A stretch of DNA of 64,000 bases, from positions 786 to 64,785 of the forward strand of contig JAPKCS010000008.1 of assembly GCA_028822845.1 (NCBI GenBank). Reading direction: 5' to 3'. Of the stretch, positions 1-8,923 are shown piece by piece. The stretch is from Candidatus Poseidoniaceae archaeon. Its GTDB lineage: Archaea; Thermoplasmatota; Poseidoniia; Poseidoniales; Poseidoniaceae. Position 1 is the first letter of the stretch. Every line of letters starts with the position of its first letter. The notes under the pieces were generated by a model that did not search any database, was not told the DNA's origin, and saw nothing but the letters and a program-made list of their open reading frames with translations. The position numbers were made by a program, and so were the translations under genes.

Positions 1-131
1 AGAATGAGGGCTTTCTGGGTTCGAGCATTGCAACCATCTTGATCATCAGAGGGGGCGGCCCCTCGCAAAGGGCCAGAGAGAAATGCACGCCTATGGAAAA
101 GAAGCACGCTTCGAGAAAGGGAAAAAATGTT

Positions 132-455
132 TCATCCTTCGGTCCCAGCATCTGGGGTGGCCTTGAATGAGGTTGGGCAGGTATTGACTCCGAACACTCG
201 ATAGAATGGGCACCATCCAAACACAGAGGTCATGACGCTCCAGGCACCAAAGAGGAGGAAGACAACTTCCCAACCTGCGCTGGCCACGTAATCAAAGAGA
301 ACAACACCAAGTCCAGTGGACAAGCGTGTGACACGATCAAACAGACCAATGTTCATGTGTTGTTCCTCTGCATAAACTCCAATTAGGCTACTTTCCTTAT
401 TAAGACCCGTTTTTTCCCTATGTCCAAAGAAAGGGCCGCAAAAGAATGGGTTCAT
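132..455 (-). CDS. DUF2892 (YgaP C-terminal-like) small membrane protein
   Basis: 107-aa ORF with two hydrophobic helices followed by the family-typical motif GWCPFYRVFGVNTC. Confidence 0.6.
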   Translation of the reverse strand: MNPFFCGPFFGHREKTGLNKESSLIGVYAEEQHMNIGLFDRVTRLSTGLGVVLFDYVASAGWEVVFLLFGAWSVMTSVFGWCPFYRVFGVNTCPTSFKATPDAGTEG

Positions 456-589
456 TGGTCACCTTCACAGGACGTTCTTCTTTCAAGACTGGTGTTGAAC
501 TTCATCAACAAAACGGTCAGTCTTTGGCGCTATTTCTTTCTTGACATCCGATGCCAATGATGTTCTTAAAATATCTTTTCCGAGGTAAA

Positions 590-1144
590 TTACTGAACCT
601 TAAGAGGGCCTTCAAGGGCTTCAGGCCAGGGGCGCTGATCGTCCCAATCAGCCCATTGCTCAACCCATGTTTCCATGAATGGCTGGGCATCGAAGCCAAG
701 GTCAGTCATCACTTCGATAGGGAGAGCAGTGCCACCCTTACGGCGCAAACCAGCGCGCACCAAAGCTGAGGAGCACACCGCATTACCTTGTTCCACCGTG
801 TGTTGGAAATAGAAGAATTTCTCATCAATGCCAACCAGCTGAGTTCGAATCAATGTCTTACGGAAAGGGCGAACTCGCTTTCGATAGCGAATCGTAGATC
901 CACCAACCACAAACGCCAGTTTGTGTTTCCTTGTGTAGCGCACCAAACCGATGGTGAAGGCCAGTTGGTATCGCGCCATATCGAACATTACAAAATGACG
1001 TCCATTGTTGACCTCTGGATAGACATCTAAGTCGCCGATCATTGGTCGGTAAACGGTGTGAAATTCAGCCCGCCAATCCACATCAGGTTTCTTGCGAAAA
1101 GCATGCGAAATGGCCATTCGCAACACTCGAAGGTAAGGGTACAC
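590..1144 (-). CDS. hotdog-fold acyl-CoA thioesterase-like protein (4HBT_2-like)
   Basis: 184-aa ORF. DLDVYPEVNNGRHFVMFDMARYQ matches the thioesterase-superfamily pattern D.D..g.vnN..y....e.aR. Confidence 0.5.
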   Translation of the reverse strand: MYPYLRVLRMAISHAFRKKPDVDWRAEFHTVYRPMIGDLDVYPEVNNGRHFVMFDMARYQLAFTIGLVRYTRKHKLAFVVGGSTIRYRKRVRPFRKTLIRTQLVGIDEKFFYFQHTVEQGNAVCSSALVRAGLRRKGGTALPIEVMTDLGFDAQPFMETWVEQWADWDDQRPWPEALEGPLKVQ

Positions 1145-1516
1145 AAACGGGCGTTTCGACCAGCATTGATGAATGCTCGCCCCTCATTCAACGAGGCATG
1201 TCCACATGTGCCCAGCAAACCGATCATGGCATGACCTTGATGGGCGTTGGATGAGGGTCCAAAAAACCGAACGTTCTGAGGACCAGAATTGGAAAAAAAA
1301 AGCAATTGACAAACCAGTTGCAAAAAAAACAGTCCTCATCCAGAGTCAGGAAGTGGGCATGTGCTGATCCCAAGTTCCACCAACGACTGGCCAACCTTGT
1401 TCTTCCCATGTGAGGGTGTTTTCTTCAACGAAGGCCGAGGGAAATCTATCCCTTTGCCCAACAGTATCCATGACGGAACCTCAGCCCTCATTAGAGGCCG
1501 TTCGTTGGCCCATCAC

Positions 1517-2467
1517 ATGAAGCCGACAGATGAACAAGCAGGTGCGTGGACTGAAGCCTTTGATTCAGGGAAGTTTATTCGTAAATCAAGTGAATTTCGC
1601 GACCAGATTGAACCCAATGGAACCTTTGATGTTGAAAGCAACAGATACCATCTGTATGTGTCGCATGCTTGCCCTTGGGCGCATCGAACCCTCATCGCCC
1701 GTACCCTCCTTGGTCTTGAAGATCACATCACCACAGATGTTGTGGATTGGAGGATGAAGCCAAATGGTTCATGGTCCTTCAACGAGGAAGAAGAAGGGGC
1801 AACAGCGGATTCACTCTACGGAGAGGAGAGTTTGGAAGGCGTCTATGCTCGAGCCTTTGCAGGCTGGAAGGAAAGTGGAAGGATTGGTACAGTTCCTGTC
1901 CTTTGGGACCGGAAACATTCAACCATCGTCAACAATGAAAGTCGGGAAATTATCAGGATGCTTGACACATTGGCACAGTCAGGACTTGGAAACGGCACGA
2001 GCTTGTGCCCAGAGCCCCTGAAGGAAGAAATCGATGCAATGATCGATGCGAATTACGAGGCGGTCAACAATGGCGTCTACAAGTCGGGTTTCGCTCGTAC
2101 CCAAGACGCCTATGATGAGGCAGTTACGGCTTTATTCAACCGACTTGATGAATTGGAACACCACCTGGCCAACCGTGATTGGTTGGTAGGGGAAGGAAAG
2201 GGGCAATTGACTGAAGCGGATGTGTGTTTGTTCCCAACGCTTGCTCGCTTCGATTTGGTGTATGTTGTGCATTTCAAATGCAACCTACGCAGAATCATTG
2301 ACTATCCAAATTTGCAAGCCTTCATTGAGCGAATTATTAACTTGGAAGGCATTCGAGAAACGTGCCATTGGCACCACATCAAAGCCCACTATTTCTGGTC
2401 GCATCAGAACATCAATACGTTCCGAATCATCCCTCTAGGCCCCCTTGATGGGGTCCACACAAGGTAA
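1517..2467 (+). CDS. Xi-class glutathione S-transferase / glutathionyl-hydroquinone reductase (YqjG/ECM4-like)
   Basis: The signature YHLYVSHACPWAHRTLI (CPWA active site) is followed by a GST C-terminal domain. The listed ORF (1361) was trimmed to the internal ATG at 1517 (MKPTDEQ) because the upstream 52 codons look non-homologous. Confidence 0.8.
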   Translation: MKPTDEQAGAWTEAFDSGKFIRKSSEFRDQIEPNGTFDVESNRYHLYVSHACPWAHRTLIARTLLGLEDHITTDVVDWRMKPNGSWSFNEEEEGATADSLYGEESLEGVYARAFAGWKESGRIGTVPVLWDRKHSTIVNNESREIIRMLDTLAQSGLGNGTSLCPEPLKEEIDAMIDANYEAVNNGVYKSGFARTQDAYDEAVTALFNRLDELEHHLANRDWLVGEGKGQLTEADVCLFPTLARFDLVYVVHFKCNLRRIIDYPNLQAFIERIINLEGIRETCHWHHIKAHYFWSHQNINTFRIIPLGPLDGVHTR

Positions 2468-2546
2468 GTGCTTAGCAAGCATCAGTTGAATCTCATTGCT
2501 CTTGCAAAGGTGAACCCAGGGGTCCAACGTCCTCGGTGTGCTGTGT

Positions 2547-4493
2547 TCAATCAGCGCCGAAGAACTGACGGATCATTGGGTGCATTTCCATCGCCTGTTC
2601 CTTTTGGATCTGCTCGTATGTCCTGAGAATAATACCAACAGCCAGCAACAGACCTGTTCCTGACGCGTTACCCACCGTACCGAGCAAGTCGGCACCAGCA
2701 GCTAACAGCCCGACGAATGCACCAGAGAAGTAGGTGACCGGAGGAATGTAGTTTTCGAGGATCTTCTCGAGAATTTTGGGGTTCTTACGGAACCCAGGAA
2801 TCTGCATACCGGTTCGTTCAATTTGCTTTGCAACGTCCTTAGTACCCATGTTGGTGGTATCGATCCAGAACTTCGCGAAGACCATCGAACCGACGGTCAT
2901 CAGGGCGACATAGAACACCACGTGAACCATGATTTGCGTCAGGCTATGCCCAAACACGTCCCCCTGTTGATTGAGCAATGGCAGCATCCAGTCATTGACA
3001 CCATTGACCATACTCGCATACCAGGCAAAGCCCCCAGAAGCGGTGGTTTGGCCTGCTTCATAGGTTCCTATGAAACTCGATGCCGAAGCCCAACCTTGAC
3101 GGCCGAGGATCGGTGTCTGAGAGAGCGTTGGGTGGCTCCAGAAGAGGAGTGAGAACATGTTGATGTTCGCAAGCAAAGCAGCCATCAAGATGACCGGGAT
3201 GTTCGAAGCGTAGACCAGACGAATTGGATACTTTCCACGATGACCACGGACTTTACCGTGAGTAAGGGGGAGTTCCAGTTTTGAGGATTCGGCATAAGCG
3301 ACAACTAAGAACACAACAATCGATGAGAACAAGGCGGCAATCGGATTGACGTGCGTCAGCAGCATCGTTTCGAAACCATTGTTGGAAATCATATCAGCGT
3401 TCGTCGCTTCACGGAACATGTAGAAAATCATCGGCAATGTACCTGATGGAGGGTTCTGAAGGGAGTAAGGAACGCCAGAGGTAGCTGCGAGAGGTGAGAG
3501 TGTACCGACGAAGGTCGATTGCGCCACACCAGCAGCGATGAAGAGGGAGATACCAGATCCAATACCCCACTTGCTGACCAATTCGTCAAGCAAGAACACA
3601 AGGTAGGAACCTGCGAACAGCTGGGCTACGATGACAAAGTTAGCCCAACCAAGCCCGTAGGTATCGATCAACATTTCTGTTGGGTCGAGGAAACCGTAAG
3701 TCTGTGGAATCGATTCGATTGGAATCATGATCAGGACCAGAAGTTTCTGGACACCCTGGTACATTGCTTTGTCTTCTGTGTCGCCAAGATCCAAACGGAT
3801 AATTTTCGCACCAGCAAACAATTGCATGATAATCGAACCTGTAACGATTGGACCGATTCCCAAGTGCATGATGGTACCGGAAGCACCGGCCATGATGGAA
3901 CGGAACCCACTGAACAGGTCAAGCGCTTGGCCTGACAGTCCGTAGAGCATGACGTTGGTCATGGCGAAGTAGATGATGAGAACAAAAGTTGTGGTCCACA
4001 TCTTTTCGTTGAACCGAACGTGACGTTCTGGCTTGGTAATGGTTGGGTAGACGTCTACGAAGCGTCGTAGAGCGTACAAACGGCTGCTTTTGTCGCCGCC
4101 CCACATGAAACATGTAAGGACCGCAGCAGCACCAAATCCAAGAAGCAAAATACCGACGAGGAAGAATCCTACGCCGTCTGCATAACCGCCCCATACCCCT
4201 TCAAGCCAGACTTCAGGACGGACATAAAAGACCGCTGTCCCGACCATTGCGAGCCATCCAAGGAGCTTACCATAGCGCCCGATAACAGGGACATCTTTGA
4301 GCCCCTCAATCATATCGAATTGGAAGCAAGCCATCGTGTAGCCAACATAAACCAAAGAGAAGACAATTCCGAACAATGCGGCATCGCGAGCTGCGCCAAC
4401 GCTGTTTAGATCATCTTTCGCCCAGTAGACGAGGAGACCCCAGTAGAGTACACCTGTCAAGGCAACGGCCCATGGAATTGGCTTGTGCTTCAT
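2547..4493 (-). CDS. secY: preprotein translocase SecY with an N-terminal 4-TM extension
   Basis: It is the last gene of the r-protein operon. From about residue 137 it is collinear with archaeal SecY (PERHVRFNEKMWTT, GIGPIVTGSIIMQL, KYGIGSGISLFIAAG, GKYPIRLVYASNIPVIL, FRKNPK). The 648-aa length compares with about 450-490 aa for typical SecY. The upstream 129 codons are stop-free and hydrophobic. Confidence 0.9.
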   Translation of the reverse strand: MKHKPIPWAVALTGVLYWGLLVYWAKDDLNSVGAARDAALFGIVFSLVYVGYTMACFQFDMIEGLKDVPVIGRYGKLLGWLAMVGTAVFYVRPEVWLEGVWGGYADGVGFFLVGILLLGFGAAAVLTCFMWGGDKSSRLYALRRFVDVYPTITKPERHVRFNEKMWTTTFVLIIYFAMTNVMLYGLSGQALDLFSGFRSIMAGASGTIMHLGIGPIVTGSIIMQLFAGAKIIRLDLGDTEDKAMYQGVQKLLVLIMIPIESIPQTYGFLDPTEMLIDTYGLGWANFVIVAQLFAGSYLVFLLDELVSKWGIGSGISLFIAAGVAQSTFVGTLSPLAATSGVPYSLQNPPSGTLPMIFYMFREATNADMISNNGFETMLLTHVNPIAALFSSIVVFLVVAYAESSKLELPLTHGKVRGHRGKYPIRLVYASNIPVILMAALLANINMFSLLFWSHPTLSQTPILGRQGWASASSFIGTYEAGQTTASGGFAWYASMVNGVNDWMLPLLNQQGDVFGHSLTQIMVHVVFYVALMTVGSMVFAKFWIDTTNMGTKDVAKQIERTGMQIPGFRKNPKILEKILENYIPPVTYFSGAFVGLLAAGADLLGTVGNASGTGLLLAVGIILRTYEQIQKEQAMEMHPMIRQFFGAD

Positions 4494-4560
4494 TGTTCAT
4501 CCTCCTTTATTGGTAGCGGTACGTGGTTATGAAAATTGAGGTCCATTCTGTTGTAAGAAC

Positions 4561-4977
4561 TCAGTCTTCGTTCTGTTCTTCGTCGTCGCCAAGGTCCACG
4601 GACCCACCGGCGGCTTCGATCTTTTCAACAGCCTTTGCACTTGCTTCCTCAACGATAACGGTGAGGGCAGAGTTAATTCGGCCGCTGCCAAGGATTTTGT
4701 CGATCCCTAGTTCTGTGAGGTTGATGGTGTCTTTACCATCCGCCATATCTTCGAGTTGGCTGACGTTTACGGTAATGTAAACGGTCCGGAGCGTTGGGTG
4801 ACGGTTGAAACCGTGCATGCCCCAATGGTTGGGCATGTACTTGATTCTGGTCATTACGCGGTGCTTGTTGATACCAGCGTTTCCTCGGCCACCACGCTTA
4901 CCTGCTCCACGACCAGCTTTCTTGCCACGGCCATGGTATCGGTTGCGTCCACGATGCTTGTTTGCTTTTGTTCCCAT
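4561..4977 (-). CDS. rpl15: 50S ribosomal protein uL15
   Basis: It has the Gly/Arg/Lys-rich N-terminus HRGRNRYHGRGKKAGRGAGKRGGRGNAG. It sits in the conserved position between uL30 and SecY. Confidence 0.9.
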   Translation of the reverse strand: MGTKANKHRGRNRYHGRGKKAGRGAGKRGGRGNAGINKHRVMTRIKYMPNHWGMHGFNRHPTLRTVYITVNVSQLEDMADGKDTINLTELGIDKILGSGRINSALTVIVEEASAKAVEKIEAAGGSVDLGDDEEQNED

Positions 4978-4988
4978 TCATCATCACC

Positions 4989-5459
4989 TCAAATCATTCG
5001 CTCAACGAGCGCACCAATTGCTTCGCCCCGAGGGCCGAGAGCGCCTCCAACGACAAAGGAGCGCTTGATGCCGCCCCATCCTTTCGGACCTCGTGGAGGG
5101 TGGAGTCGGAAGACTCTCTTCAAATCTGGACATGCCTTAACTGTGGTCTCGCCGGAGGCGATGGCCTTAGCGAAGGCAGCCATGTTTGAGTATTCTGTGT
5201 GCTCTGCAACGATCTCGTCGGTCAGTGGAGCGTCGCCGACCATTCGGCCACGACCGCTCAACATTTTCTCGACCAGTTCTTCGGTTGCTTCGCCCCAGGT
5301 GACGTAATCCTTGGCCTTTTGAAGCATGCCACGGTACTGTTCATTGTCTGGGATGATCACTGCGTGGTTGACCTTGGTCAGGTTCAAGTGCAACATCGTA
5401 TCTTTGATGGTGCGCTCAACGCCCACGTTACTTCGTGCTCGTACAACAATCCAACTCAT
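4989..5459 (-). CDS. rpl30: 50S ribosomal protein uL30
   Basis: 156 aa of archaeal length and motif (VVRARSNVGVERTIKDTMLHLNL). Operon position lies between uS5 and uL15. Confidence 0.9.
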   Translation of the reverse strand: MSWIVVRARSNVGVERTIKDTMLHLNLTKVNHAVIIPDNEQYRGMLQKAKDYVTWGEATEELVEKMLSGRGRMVGDAPLTDEIVAEHTEYSNMAAFAKAIASGETTVKACPDLKRVFRLHPPRGPKGWGGIKRSFVVGGALGPRGEAIGALVERMI

Positions 5460-6226
5460 TCGAGCATCCTCCCTTTATGGATGAACAGTCGTTCACGTAA
5501 TTCCTCAGGAACACGGGTGGTGTTGAGGTTATGCAAAGCGTTGAATGTAGCTGCTGCATAATTGATTGTTGTGCGGGTTTGTCCCTTGGTTCGTGAAAGA
5601 ACGTCGGTGACGCCTGCAAGGTCGAGAACACGCTTACCGGTTTGACCGATAACGAGACCTTTGCCCTTTGCGGCAGGCATCAAGGTCACACGGGTTGATG
5701 CCGAGCGACCATGAGTCTTGAAGGGAATCGAGGTACCAGGACCAGACGATGATTCCCAAGAACCGTTTCCGCGTTGAACCGCAATGAGGTTCAACTTTGC
5801 TGCGGTGATGGCCTTACGAATTGCTGTTGCAACTTCCTTTGCCTTAGCCATACCCAAGCCGACATAGCCGTCTCGGTTACCGACGCAAGCCATGACGTTG
5901 AAGCGGACACGTCGTCCACTGTCGGTCATGCGTTGAACCATGTTGACCTTGATGACATCGTCTTCGAGGTTAGGGATCAGTGCATCGACGATTTCGACTT
6001 CACGGATTGGCAGGCCAGTGGCCAATGCTTGCTCGTAGGTCAGGATTTCTCCAGCCATGACAGCGTGACCCAAGCGTGTGCGTGGGACCCACTTTCGTAG
6101 AGCAAGGATTGGATCGTCTTGGTTTCGACGTTTTGGACGGCGACCTTCGACTTTTTCCTCGGGTTCTTCAGGCGCATATGCTTGCATAAGACCTGGGGCC
6201 ATTTGTTGAACTTCTTCTTCTGTCAT
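5456..6226 (-). CDS. rps5: 30S ribosomal protein uS5
   Basis: It has the uS5 dsRBD and C-terminal domain (RVRFNVMACVGNRDGYVGLGMAKAKEV, GRSASTRVTLMPAAKGKGLV). A 4-nt overlap with rpl30 indicates translational coupling. Confidence 0.9.
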   Translation of the reverse strand: MTEEEVQQMAPGLMQAYAPEEPEEKVEGRRPKRRNQDDPILALRKWVPRTRLGHAVMAGEILTYEQALATGLPIREVEIVDALIPNLEDDVIKVNMVQRMTDSGRRVRFNVMACVGNRDGYVGLGMAKAKEVATAIRKAITAAKLNLIAVQRGNGSWESSSGPGTSIPFKTHGRSASTRVTLMPAAKGKGLVIGQTGKRVLDLAGVTDVLSRTKGQTRTTINYAAATFNALHNLNTTRVPEELRERLFIHKGRMLE

Positions 6227-6738
6227 CAGTATGCCTCCTCGATGGATTTCTTTGTGCTTGCAACGGCGTCAGCGATGTTATCGCCGATGTGTGCACCGTT
6301 AATGCGGTCTTCTTCAGGCAAGACTTGTTCCCCGTGAGGAATGTCAAGGCCTGCGTCGACCATACCCTTGAGCGCAGCGAAGACACGACCACCAACTGGG
6401 GTCGCAGCAAGGCCAACGTCAAGAACTGCTTCTTCGCAGCCATGAGCCATAGCGGCTTTGCCCATTGCAAAGCCAACAAGGTAGGATGCAGGGACAGACT
6501 TCTGAGAGAAGTCTTCTGGCCATCCGTACTTTTTGGTGAGGTCAGAACCTGTGACGGTCACCTTGACGAGGTCACCAGAGGCTTCCCAGTCCACCAGTTG
6601 GCAGGTTGTACGGGTGTTGGACACTCGAACAACAGCGCGGGACTTGCGTCCACGCAGGAGCTTCAGACGGCGACGGTAGTCGGTGAGACCGGCCTTTCGT
6701 CGGCGGAAGATGGATCGGCGTTGTGTACCTCGCATCAC
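6226..6738 (-). CDS. rpl18: 50S ribosomal protein uL18
   Basis: N-terminus RRRKAGLTDYRRRLKLLRGRKSRAVVRVSN. Operon position is as expected. Confidence 0.9.
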   Translation of the reverse strand: MMRGTQRRSIFRRRKAGLTDYRRRLKLLRGRKSRAVVRVSNTRTTCQLVDWEASGDLVKVTVTGSDLTKKYGWPEDFSQKSVPASYLVGFAMGKAAMAHGCEEAVLDVGLAATPVGGRVFAALKGMVDAGLDIPHGEQVLPEEDRINGAHIGDNIADAVASTKKSIEEAY

Positions 6739-7199
6739 TCATCACCTCCGCTTAGGGTTACGCCTTCAATGGTCATCTGAGAGCGCAGGTGGGCGATGGA
6801 ACGGTATGAACCGCCCTTGGCCTTGAGGTAGTAGCGACGGTATTGAGAAGAGAGCAGGGTGCCGTCTTCTCGCATTTCCTTGAGGACACGTCGCTGGGAG
6901 CGAATGGTGCGCATCCAACGGTTCTTACGAGGGTTACGAGCGTTGGCAGTACCTGCTCGCTTTCCTTGACCCTTGCGTCGTCCCTTGCGCTTTTGCAAAA
7001 GACGTGCACGGGCACGGACTCGGGAAGTTCCCTTGATTGGCTTGGCTTTGATCCAGCCTTCTTCGATGAATTCACGAATGTCGTCGGTCTGAACGGCCGA
7101 GGAAATTTGGTCAACATAAGATGGGTTAATCCACACACGGTGAACTCCACAGCCAAGTAGTCGTGCAGCGAGTCGCTTTTGGTTCGTGATTTGCATCAA
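6735..7199 (-). CDS. rpl19e: 50S ribosomal protein eL19
   Basis: NQKRLAARLLGCGVHRVWINP and the basic tract GRRKGQGKRAGTANAR match eL19. Confidence 0.9.
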   Translation of the reverse strand: MMQITNQKRLAARLLGCGVHRVWINPSYVDQISSAVQTDDIREFIEEGWIKAKPIKGTSRVRARARLLQKRKGRRKGQGKRAGTANARNPRKNRWMRTIRSQRRVLKEMREDGTLLSSQYRRYYLKAKGGSYRSIAHLRSQMTIEGVTLSGGDE

Positions 7200-7807
7200 A
7201 CATCCCTCCTTCGGTTGAGCACACGAATTCCGAGTTCATCGGCTCGTGAGTAAATGTGTTCTCGCTTGCGGCCACCGACGCTGCGGCCGACACGTGCGGC
7301 CTGGGTTTCGGGGTCCATTGGTTCGAGATCAGTTGTGTTCTGCACCATGACTTCATGGAAGCCAGATGGGTGCAATCCACGTGCCGTAGCGACCTTGCCG
7401 TGACCAACACGAACAAGGGAACCTCGGTACTTGTAGTTCCGTCGTTGCTTGCTGTCCATACCATGGGGAGCACGCCATCCGGAGCGAGACAATCGCTTGT
7501 ATCGGAACCATTCGGTTCGTCGGAAAGACGGAGTTAGTTTCTTTTGTTCTGCACGGAGGGAAAGCGCTGCCTTCATGTCCTCGGCGAGGACTGGCTTTTG
7601 CTTAGCGACGTGGCCTTGAACGGCCTCTTCTTCCCAGTCGGATTCATCGTCCCATGTTTCTTCTTCAGCTTCGGCCACAGGAGCGGCTTCGCTTGCTTCG
7701 ACGAGTCGAGCGATGAGATCGTTCTTCTTACCAGAGACTGGCAAGCCTGCTTCCTTGAGGAGCTCCTTGAGTTGGGCAACGGTTTTTGTTTCATAATCTT
7801 CTGCCAT
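7196..7807 (-). CDS. rpl32e: 50S ribosomal protein eL32 with an N-terminal SAP/HeH-like motif and acidic linker
   Basis: The C-terminal 130 aa match eL32 (FRRTEWFRYKRLSRSGWRAPHGMDSKQR). The N-terminus TVAQLKELLKEAGLPVSGKKNDLIARLVEA fits the SAP consensus. Confidence 0.85.
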   Translation of the reverse strand: MAEDYETKTVAQLKELLKEAGLPVSGKKNDLIARLVEASEAAPVAEAEEETWDDESDWEEEAVQGHVAKQKPVLAEDMKAALSLRAEQKKLTPSFRRTEWFRYKRLSRSGWRAPHGMDSKQRRNYKYRGSLVRVGHGKVATARGLHPSGFHEVMVQNTTDLEPMDPETQAARVGRSVGGRKREHIYSRADELGIRVLNRRRDV

Positions 7808-7812
7808 TCATA

Positions 7813-8355
7813 TCACTCCTTGTGGATGAGGTAAACCCCGTCTTGGAACACACGTCGATCACGGTTCTTGATCGTGGTGCTACGTTCGATGTTTGCTGCT
7901 GTTTGGCCAACAAGTTCCTTGTCGATACCAGTTACAGTAACTTCCACCTTGTTGCTGATTTTAACATCAACGCCATTGAGGATTGCGGATCGTCGAGGGA
8001 CACGTTCCCCGAAGTAGTTTTTGACGACGAATGTGTCGCCTTCAACTGCCATGGTCATAGGGAAGTGAGAGTAGAGGGCCTTCAACTTGTAAGTGAAGCC
8101 TGCTGTCACACCCTGAACCATGTTGTTGATGTGAGCGTTCCAGGTTCCTGCCAAAGCACGTTGCTTGCGGCGGGGCATGTCGACTCGCACGATGAATCCG
8201 GTTTCACTCTCATGGACTTTACATGAGGTGCTAACGAATGTGCGGGACAAGGTTCCTTTGGGTCCGGTTATGGAGACGACGCCATCTTCGCTGAGCGTAG
8301 CTGTGACGTCTTCAGGGATGGTTACGAAATGTTCGATTCTGTCGAGTTTTACCAT
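7813..8355 (-). CDS. rpl6: 50S ribosomal protein uL6
   Basis: uL6 two-domain pattern. The start was trimmed to the ATG at 8355 (MVKLDRIEHF), which lies 10 nt after the rps8 stop. The longer listed ORF would overlap rps8. Confidence 0.85.
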   Translation of the reverse strand: MVKLDRIEHFVTIPEDVTATLSEDGVVSITGPKGTLSRTFVSTSCKVHESETGFIVRVDMPRRKQRALAGTWNAHINNMVQGVTAGFTYKLKALYSHFPMTMAVEGDTFVVKNYFGERVPRRSAILNGVDVKISNKVEVTVTGIDKELVGQTAANIERSTTIKNRDRRVFQDGVYLIHKE

Positions 8356-8365
8356 AATATTCACC

Positions 8366-8755
8366 TCAGTATACGTAAGCCAGAAGCTTACCACCAATAC
8401 GGGCGTCTTTTGCATCGTAGTGATGCATGACGCCGGAGTTCGTTGTTAAAATCAAAAGGCCAAAGTCTTGGGCAGGCAAGTAGCGTGTTTCCCATTGGTC
8501 GTATTCTTGGCGCTGGATGCTGTGACGGGGTTTGACCGTGCCGCATCGGTTGATTGCGCCGCGAAGTTCGACGGTGTAGGTGCCACCTCGACCGTTTTCA
8601 ATTCGGTCAATGGAGCCTACGTAGCCAGACTTTTGCATGATTTCTAAGACATTGCCTAACAACTTCGAAGCTGGTGAAAGTTCGACATTGAACTTACCTG
8701 CTTGTTCAGCGTTATACATCTTAATGAGTGCGTCGTTGAGTGGATCAAATTGCAT
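8366..8755 (-). CDS. rps8: 30S ribosomal protein uS8
   Basis: 129 aa with DPLNDALIKMYNAEQAG near the N-terminus and a C-terminal GGKLLAYVY. Confidence 0.9.
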   Translation of the reverse strand: MQFDPLNDALIKMYNAEQAGKFNVELSPASKLLGNVLEIMQKSGYVGSIDRIENGRGGTYTVELRGAINRCGTVKPRHSIQRQEYDQWETRYLPAQDFGLLILTTNSGVMHHYDAKDARIGGKLLAYVY

Positions 8756-8768
8756 TTCTTTCTCCTCC

Positions 8769-8921
8769 TTAATTCATTTTCTTGAAGCCGATTGATGGCG
8801 CGATGTCGCGGAAGCATTGACGACAGACACGAAGTCCGTGTCGTCGAATCATTCCACGTCGTCGTCCACAGCGTCGGCAGCCGGTGGTTCGGCCAATTCG
8901 TTCTCCATGATCTCTTGCCAT
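8769..8921 (-). CDS. rps14: 30S ribosomal protein uS14 (zinc-binding type Z)
   Basis: Not in the ORF track because it is under 60 aa. My hand translation of the minus strand gives [50 protein letters not shown], with CxxC...CxxC. It fits exactly between rpl5 and rps8. Confidence 0.85.
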   Translation of the reverse strand: MARDHGERIGRTTGCRRCGRRRGMIRRHGLRVCRQCFRDIAPSIGFKKMN

Positions 8922-8923
8922 AT

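Noticed and set aside
1361-1516. N-terminal extensions of listed ORFs: GST 1361, rpl6 8415, rps17 11476, rnp1 11585, rpl23 14904, eL41 34103, msrA 45724, tpiA 54948, sucC 55784.
   Set aside because: In each case the family-conserved N-terminus begins at an internal ATG. That ATG also removes an overlap with the upstream gene or restores the normal protein length. The extra codons show no homology-like pattern.
1145-1516. 372-nt gap between the thioesterase and GST genes, scanned for small genes or RNAs. It contains A-runs and short ORFs at 1042-1254 and 1173-1367.
   Set aside because: The short ORFs have no recognisable motifs, and no convincing stem-loops or tRNA-like structure were found. 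It is most simply a divergent promoter region.
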